In this document: piece after piece, positions 58,877-64,000 of the stretch
Layout: each line of letters opens with the position of its first letter
Position numbering within the stretch: the first letter of the stretch is position 1
Assembly: GCA_942492505.1 (NCBI GenBank)
Contig: CALOFD010000027.1
Span: 67,242-131,241 of the forward strand
Source of the DNA: Thermoanaerobaculia bacterium
GTDB taxonomy: Bacteria; Acidobacteriota; Thermoanaerobaculia; Multivoradales; Multivoraceae
Length of the DNA stretch: 64,000 nt
Direction of reading: 5' to 3'
The notes under the pieces: generated by a model
What the model saw: the letters and a program-made list of their open reading frames with translations, nothing else
Told to the model about the DNA's origin: nothing
Database searches by the model: none
Program-made: the position numbers and the translations under genes

Positions 58877-59774
58877 GGTCCTGGCCTACTTCTGCAGCGA
58901 GGGCCTGCGCGGCCTGGTTCGCAGCTGGCGCATCAGCATGGTGGCGGTGCTCACCCTGTCGATCAGCCTCTTTCTCTGCGGAGTCTTTCTCCTCATCACG
59001 CAGAATCTCTCTCGAGCCGTCGAGAGCTGGCGTGAGGAGGTCCGCGTCGTCGTTTTCCTCGACTCGGAGGCGCAGACCGAGGATGTCGTGGCCACTCTGC
59101 AGGGGAATCTGCTCACCCGCCCCTGGGTGCACGGGGTCGAGACCGTCGATCCCGATCTGGCCGTTCGGCGATTCGAGGAGTCGTTCCCCAGCCTCAGCGG
59201 GGTCGTCGAGGGGTGGCAGACGTCTCCCTTCCCGACCTCGCTCGAGGTGATCGTCGATGCCGAGGTCGTCGATCAGTCGGGGTTCGAAGAGTGGCTCGAT
59301 CAGCTTCGCGCCCAGGCCGGGGTCGAGATGGTCGATGGAGATCAGCAGTGGCTGTCTGAGCTTGCCGCCTTCCTGCGGTTGATGACCGGAGCCGGACTGG
59401 GTCTGGGCATCCTCTTTCTTGCTGCAGCTGCCGTGACCGGCGCCAGCATTCTTCGTCTGGTCGCCCATCTGCACCGCGAGGAGATCGCCATCATGCGCCT
59501 GGTCGGGGCGACCGAATTCTTCGTACGAGGGCCGTTCTATGTCGAGGGCGCCGTTCAGGGTCTGGCCGGCGGGGCGGTGGCGGTCCTCGTGCTGCGAATG
59601 CTCGTGGAGGCCTTCCGGCGAGGTGAAGGGATGCTGTGGGCCGAGATGGTGTTCGCGACGCCCCTGGCGCCGGCCACCGCCTCGGCTCTCGTTCTCGTGG
59701 GTGGATTGACCGGTCTGATCGGCGCCTTCGTTTCGATTCGCAGCAACAGCCTCGGTTCGGACCTGCTCACGTGA
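58863..59774 (+). CDS. ftsX: Cell division ABC permease-like protein FtsX
   Basis: TTG 58863 overlaps the ftsE stop; 4-TM topology with a large first periplasmic loop; LVGATEFFVRGPF motif. Confidence 0.85.
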   Translation: MSLAKVLAYFCSEGLRGLVRSWRISMVAVLTLSISLFLCGVFLLITQNLSRAVESWREEVRVVVFLDSEAQTEDVVATLQGNLLTRPWVHGVETVDPDLAVRRFEESFPSLSGVVEGWQTSPFPTSLEVIVDAEVVDQSGFEEWLDQLRAQAGVEMVDGDQQWLSELAAFLRLMTGAGLGLGILFLAAAAVTGASILRLVAHLHREEIAIMRLVGATEFFVRGPFYVEGAVQGLAGGAVAVLVLRMLVEAFRRGEGMLWAEMVFATPLAPATASALVLVGGLTGLIGAFVSIRSNSLGSDLLT

Positions 59775-59809
59775 AGGTAACTCTCCTTTCAATCCCTGTT
59801 GGTTTTTGG

Positions 59810-59835
59810 CACAATTGTTCCGTCGGTCAATTGTG
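59810..59835. promoter_or_regulatory. Perfect 8-bp inverted repeat CACAATTG-N10-CAATTGTG upstream of the OMP-like gene (operator or leader-hairpin candidate)
   Basis: Arms at 59810-59817 and 59828-59835; located 27 nt upstream of ATG 59862 in a locally AT-richer intergenic region; each arm contains the palindrome CAATTG. Confidence 0.4.
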
Positions 59836-59861
59836 GGAGAGGACTCCCCAAAGGAGTTTTG

Positions 59862-61313
59862 ATGAGCATCGTCCCGAAGTGGTCATGTCTGATTTTCTTG
59901 TTCCTTTCCATCGTTCTTCCGAGCGCCCTGCTCGCGCAGGAGGATGTGTGCGCCGGTTATGAGAGCAATGAACTCATCCGGCGCTTTGGTCCGAATGCGA
60001 TTTCTCCTGAGCATGTAGACGACCTGCCGGACCTGCAGCGCCTCGCCACCATCCATCGTGCCGAACTCGAGGCCGTCCTGAACAGTCAGGGCATGGGCCA
60101 TCTAGCGCCCCAGATCTTCGAAGCCATCGACAAGGGACAGGTGGACGTTCGTCCCATGGCGCAGGGCGAAGAGTTCGCCTGGATGGCCTACCGCAAGGGC
60201 GGTGTAGCCACCGCCTCCGGCCGCCTCTGCCTGGCTTCTACCCGAAGCTACGAGGCGTTCGAGATCAAGGTCACCGAGAAGGTGACGACGCCGGCGAAGG
60301 CCACCTGCTCCCTCAAGGTCAGTGGCGACTGTGCCACCGGCAAGATCACGGTGGACGCGAGCGGTAGCACGGCCGGCGCCAAGGTCATGTCGGGCTCTCG
60401 CAGCATCCTGAGCGGAAGCAACACCAAGGCCGAGATCGACTTCGCGGATCGTTTCACCACGGACCCGACGTTCACCGTCACTGCCGATGCGACCGGCTCG
60501 ACGACGACCACGACCCATACCTTCATCATTCCCAAGGTCTGTTTGAACCTGGCCTACGACGGCAAGCCCCAGAAGAGCGCTGCTCCGGTGGTCGACAGCT
60601 GCACGCAGACGGCTAGAGTGGATCGCTGCCCAGCCGTCGCCGAGCCCGAACTGGCCGTCGGCGATCCAGGTGCTGCCGGCGTCGCTCAAGAGCCGGATGC
60701 CGGTGCTGAGCACAAGTGGACGGCACGAGGCTACCTCGGCAGTCTGTCGCCGTCGTCCGATGAGCTGGTGCGCACCGGGATGGACCTGGTCGGAGTCAAC
60801 CCGGGCCTCGACGAGCGGACGGCGCTCCACCTCAGTTCGGGCAACCTCATCGGTGCCGGAGTTGAGTACCACTTCACGCCGGTCATCGGCTTGATGGGGG
60901 ACCTGGCCTTCGGCCGCATGGACGGGCATTTCATGTTCGATTCGAGCGTAGCCTGGCTGATGGACGACGACGGTGTCGACTACACCAGTCTGACGATCGG
61001 CCCGACCTTCCATCTGACCGGCAACCGCCGGGTCGATGTGTTCGTTTCGCCGTTCGTGGGTTACTTCGATCTGGGATCGGCGAACTTCAACCTCGGCAAC
61101 GGCATCACGGTGAATCGTGAGTTGGACGGCGGGTTCGGGTTCGGTGCGATGCTGGGAGTCGACATCGGATTCGGTGCGACCCAGCTCTGGGGCCTTCACC
61201 TCGGAGCGCGGATCACCGACCTCGATGCAGACGTGAACAACAACGGTCAGGAGCTGGGTGAGGTCAAGATCGACCCGCTGCAGTTCGAAGCCGGCTTCCG
61301 TCGCCGCTTCTAG
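59862..61313 (+). CDS. Secreted protein: Cys-containing N-terminal domain of unknown family plus C-terminal small outer-membrane beta-barrel
   Basis: AAGGAG RBS at 59851-59856; signal peptide MSIVPKWSCLIFLFLSIVLPSALLAQE; C-terminal ~190 aa with alternating-hydrophobic strands, ending ...LQFEAGFRRRF (terminal Phe typical of OMPs). Confidence 0.5.
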   Translation: MSIVPKWSCLIFLFLSIVLPSALLAQEDVCAGYESNELIRRFGPNAISPEHVDDLPDLQRLATIHRAELEAVLNSQGMGHLAPQIFEAIDKGQVDVRPMAQGEEFAWMAYRKGGVATASGRLCLASTRSYEAFEIKVTEKVTTPAKATCSLKVSGDCATGKITVDASGSTAGAKVMSGSRSILSGSNTKAEIDFADRFTTDPTFTVTADATGSTTTTTHTFIIPKVCLNLAYDGKPQKSAAPVVDSCTQTARVDRCPAVAEPELAVGDPGAAGVAQEPDAGAEHKWTARGYLGSLSPSSDELVRTGMDLVGVNPGLDERTALHLSSGNLIGAGVEYHFTPVIGLMGDLAFGRMDGHFMFDSSVAWLMDDDGVDYTSLTIGPTFHLTGNRRVDVFVSPFVGYFDLGSANFNLGNGITVNRELDGGFGFGAMLGVDIGFGATQLWGLHLGARITDLDADVNNNGQELGEVKIDPLQFEAGFRRRF

Positions 61314-61327
61314 TTCGGACCGGTTCA

Positions 61328-61352
61328 GGGGCGGCCCTTCCGGGTCGGCCCC
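61328..61352 (+). terminator. GC-rich hairpin after the OMP-like gene
   Basis: GGGGCGGCCC-TTCC-GGGTCGGCCCC (one bulge, one G-U pair), 15 nt after the stop; no U-tract. Confidence 0.4.
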
Positions 61353-61773
61353 CCGTCGACAGGACAGCGCGTCATCCGAAAGGGTGGCGCGCTCGTCGTT
61401 TGGGGCTGTTCGCGACAGCGCCTGCGGTGGTTCTTGAGTCTGGTTGAACGAGTCCTCCTCGAGCAGGGTGGGTTCCGGCCGTGTGGCCTTCAGCGCAAGG
61501 AGGAGCCACCGCCCAAGGCAACCCCTTGGATGAGTTGGAGGAGGGTCGACTCTGGCGGGAAGAAGTGGCGAGTTCGTTCGACGAATCGCCGCGGGACGTT
61601 CGCACTATCGGGGCACCATGGGTTCACGGAGGTGATGAACAACGTCATCGATCAGTCGGAGGGACGAGGCCTGGCGATAGATCTGAGGGATCCGCGATCG
61701 GCAAAGAGGATGCGTCCTCACGATGATCGTGTCGGACTCTTCAGAAGGCCGGCTCGGGATCTCGGGTTCGAAG

Positions 61774-62099
61774 ATGAGCGTCACCGCTGTGGGACGTGAA
61801 CTCCTCGAAGGCCGACTGGAACGTCGCTGTGACTTGAAGTTTTCCAGGACGGCGATTCCTGTGAGCCTTCTTGCCTACGACAGCGAGGAGCTCCCATCTC
61901 GTTCCCAGGCAAAGCGCGATCGCCGGCCAGGTTCGATCGATTCGAGGTCGTCGTATCGGACTTCGAGGGCGTCCCGATGATCGGCCAGGCGTTTGCCGAT
62001 GAGATCTTCCGTGTCTTCCGGACCCATCATTCCGACACCAGCATCGAGGCGGTGAATGCCAGCGCGCAGGTCCGCCGGATGATCCAACACGTTTCCTGA
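61774..62099 (+). pseudogene. DUF4325 (STAS-like) small protein gene with one frame break
   Basis: ATG 61774 frame reads ...SLLAYDSEELPSRSQAKR; the -1 frame continues ARFDRFEVVVSDFEGVPMIGQAFADEIFRVFRTHHSDTSIEAVNASAQVRRMIQHVS to TGA 62097-62099; the break lies in 61918-61931 (cgccggccagg). Confidence 0.5.
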
Positions 62100-62114
62100 G
62101 AGCCGAAAAGAAAA

Positions 62115-62134
62115 GGGAGGCCCGTGGGCCTCCC
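62115..62134. terminator. Rho-independent terminator shared by convergent genes (best for the minus-strand TPR gene)
   Basis: GGGAGGCC-CGTG-GGCCTCCC; on the minus strand it is followed by CTTTTCTTTTCGG; lies 28 nt after the TPR gene stop. Confidence 0.6.
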
Positions 62135-62161
62135 TTCCTGGTCGACTCGAAGCGGGAGCTT

Positions 62162-63346
62162 CTAGCGCGGCGGCGGTGCGCCGGCTCCGGGCAGGGCTTT
62201 CAGCTCCTCTTCGAGTCGCTTGCGCTCGGCCTCCAGCTCCTCGATCGAGGCGTTGTGCTCATCGACCTGCTTGTTCTCCTGGGCGATGCGCTGGTTCTCC
62301 TCGACCCGGGCCAGTCCGCGAGCGTCACCGGCCTTCTGGTAGGCAGCGATCGATTTCGGGTAGTCCTTCACCTTCTCGTAGACGAATCCGAGTTGGCTGT
62401 AGATCTTCTTCTGATCGGCCTGCGGCTTCGTGAGAGCCGTCTCGAGCGGTCCGATGGCATCACCGTACTTGCTGAGCGAGGTGAGTGCCTGACTCTTGTA
62501 GTAGTAGGGCAGCCATTCACTCGACTTCTTGCCGATCGCCTGGTCCAGTGCGCCGACAGCGCTCTGGTACTGCTTGGCGCCGAGCTCGGCTTCGGCGAGG
62601 TGCAGGTAGTTGTCGAAGGAACCGTCGAGCTTGACGAGCTGCTTGCCGTTCTCGGCTGCCTTCGCGTAGACGGCAGTCTTGGCGTTCCCCTGGGTCTCGC
62701 GCCCCTGACGGATCAGCGCACTTCCCAGCGCCTTGCGGTACTGGGCGTTGCTGCCGTCGAGCGATACGGCCTTGGTGAGGGCATCGACGGCTTCCTTGGT
62801 GTAGTCGCTGGCGAGGGCGCGCGTACCGTAGTTGTACTGGGCCACGGGGTCGTTGGGGTTGAGCTTCGCAGCCTTCTCCATCTCGGCGAGTGCCAGGCCG
62901 TCCTGGCCGCTCTTCTCGTAGGACACCGACAGCATGTTGGAAACAGCACCCTTGGTGCCGGCCGGCAGGCTGTCGAGATTGATGGCGCTCAGCGTGCTGG
63001 CCGCCGCCTTGTAGTCCTTCAGCTTGTAGTAGGCCTGCCCCAGAACGAGCTGGGTACCCACGTTGGCGCTGTCGAGCTTCAAGGCCTGCTTCAGAGGGGC
63101 GATCGACTTGTCGAGCTGGCCGGCCTTGAAGAGCGCCTGGCCCAGCATCATGTAGTAGGGAGCGTACTGGGGGTTGTCCTCGGCTCCGACGATCTTGAGC
63201 TCTTCGACCGATTCGGTGAAGTGCTCGATCGCGAGGGCGTAGTCACCCGCCTTGTAGGCGTCGACGCCGGCGGCATACTCGGCCGGTGCCACGGTCGGAA
63301 GGAGCAGGGCTCCTCCCAGACACAGACGGAAGACGGTTTTCTTCAT
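62162..63346 (-). CDS. Secreted TPR-repeat protein with C-terminal coiled coil
   Basis: 394 aa; signal peptide MKKTVFRLCLGGALLLPTVAPA; about 8 TPR-like units (YKAGDYALAIEHF, LGQALFKAGQLDKSI, LGQAYYKLKDYKAA ...). Confidence 0.8.
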   Translation of the reverse strand: MKKTVFRLCLGGALLLPTVAPAEYAAGVDAYKAGDYALAIEHFTESVEELKIVGAEDNPQYAPYYMMLGQALFKAGQLDKSIAPLKQALKLDSANVGTQLVLGQAYYKLKDYKAAASTLSAINLDSLPAGTKGAVSNMLSVSYEKSGQDGLALAEMEKAAKLNPNDPVAQYNYGTRALASDYTKEAVDALTKAVSLDGSNAQYRKALGSALIRQGRETQGNAKTAVYAKAAENGKQLVKLDGSFDNYLHLAEAELGAKQYQSAVGALDQAIGKKSSEWLPYYYKSQALTSLSKYGDAIGPLETALTKPQADQKKIYSQLGFVYEKVKDYPKSIAAYQKAGDARGLARVEENQRIAQENKQVDEHNASIEELEAERKRLEEELKALPGAGAPPPR

Positions 63347-63362
63347 GACGCTACCCCTTTGC

Positions 63363-64000
63363 TTACTGCAACTGGAAGTTGACTGTGAGGTTGAAGTAGA
63401 CCGCGACCGGCTTGCCGTTGAGCGTCGCCGGCTTGTACTTCCACTGCCTGACAGCGTCGACCGCTGCCTCGCTGAGTCCCATCGGCAGGCCCTTCAGCAC
63501 CTTGACGTCCTCGATCTGACCCTCTTTGCTGATGATGGTCTGAAGGATGACGACTCCCTGGATGCGCGCCTTGCGGGCGATCTCGGAGTACTGCGGCTGG
63601 ACGTCGGAGATCTTCTCCGGCTTCTGGACGTCTCCGGTGACGAAGATCGGACCCTTCTCCACCGGCGGCGGAGCGTCGGGCACGGCGATCACCAGATCGT
63701 CGATGTCGGGAATCTCGATGTCCTCTTCGGGCTCGGGGATCCGAATCGGTTCCGGCTCGTCGGGAGTCGGATCCGGGATCGGAACCTTCTTCGCCTTCGG
63801 CTTCGGAATCTGCTGTTCCTGTTTCGGTGGTGGCGGCTTGAACCGCACCTGTTGGATCACGAAGACCTTCGGCTTCTTCTTCTCGACCTTGATGTCCCGT
63901 GCGATCGTCGGGAAGGTGACGAAGAAGATCGCCACGTGGACCAGCACGGCGATGATGCCGGCGCGTCTCAGCAGGCGATTGTCGTCCGCCTCCTCGAGCG
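63363..64000 (-). CDS. tonB: TonB-family energy transducer (5' end beyond the right edge)
   Basis: TM LVHVAIFFVTF, Pro/Lys/Glu-rich spacer KPPPPKQEQQIPKPKAKKVPIPDPTPDEPEP, C-terminal TonB domain PQYSEIARKARIQGVVILQTIISKEGQIEDVKVLKGLPMGLSEAAVDAVRQWKYKPA; the frame stays open to position 64000. Confidence 0.8.
   Translation of the reverse strand, partial: LEEADDNRLLRRAGIIAVLVHVAIFFVTFPTIARDIKVEKKKPKVFVIQQVRFKPPPPKQEQQIPKPKAKKVPIPDPTPDEPEPIRIPEPEEDIEIPDIDDLVIAVPDAPPPVEKGPIFVTGDVQKPEKISDVQPQYSEIARKARIQGVVILQTIISKEGQIEDVKVLKGLPMGLSEAAVDAVRQWKYKPATLNGKPVAVYFNLTVNFQLQ

Noticed and set aside
59807-59820. Sigma-54 promoter (TGGCAC at 59807-59812)
   Set aside because: The -24 element is perfect, but the -12 position reads TTCC instead of TTGC, so the GG-N10-GC spacing rule fails. 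No adjacent enhancer-binding protein is present (the nearby Fis-type gene is only an 86-aa HTH). I kept only the inverted repeat as a feature.
61605-61784. 59-codon minus-strand ORF (GTG…VTLIFEPEIPSRPSEESDTIIVRTHPLCRSRIPQIYRQASSLRLIDDVVHHLREPMVPR)
   Set aside because: It reads somewhat protein-like, but it has no RBS and no recognisable motif, it is below the ORF-track threshold, and it overlaps the start of the DUF4325-like gene on the other strand. Evidence is insufficient to call it.

Overview
The window is visibly GC-rich (roughly two-thirds G+C by eye, not computed), densely packed chromosomal DNA from a diderm bacterium. BamD, TonB, CpoB, an LPS-kinase-like domain and TatA are all present. 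The style of RpoD, MglAB and PpiD suggests an Acidobacteriota- or Myxococcota-like lineage, but that is unverified inference. Almost everything is core housekeeping: thrA-thrB-thrC, ruvA-ruvB, mreB-mreC-mreD-mrdA-rodA-rng, an O-antigen-type ABC exporter (wzm/wzt), yggS/yggT, one tRNA-Met, the rpsU-dnaG-rpoD operon followed by mglB-mglA, uvrD, truA-uppS-cdsA-rseP, rpe, bamD-cpoB, tatA, gatB, ftsE-ftsX, and a TPR/TonB pair at the right edge. I see no rRNA, CRISPR array, transposase, integrase, phage gene or recognisable defence gene, and no convincing novel multi-gene system. The clearest anomaly is a cluster of reading-frame breaks in otherwise recognisable conserved genes (redoxin-like, rpe, bamD, an APH-family kinase, a DUF4325-like gene). 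All of them lie between 48.9 and 62.1 kb, several sit at homopolymer or simple-repeat tracts, and the ~50 genes upstream read cleanly. This is either a local sequence-quality problem or real gene decay or slippage, and I cannot tell which from the sequence alone. Secondary items:
- an LPS-kinase/glycosidase-like fusion protein next to wzm/wzt
- an mglBA operon with a translationally coupled third TPR-like gene
- a standalone PASTA protein coupled to rpe
- a 4 x 21-bp in-frame tandem repeat in a GT87/DUF2029-like membrane protein paired head-to-head with a processive GT2
- several small palindromes and hairpins
All functional calls come from motif recognition by eye on the supplied translations. 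No database search was run.
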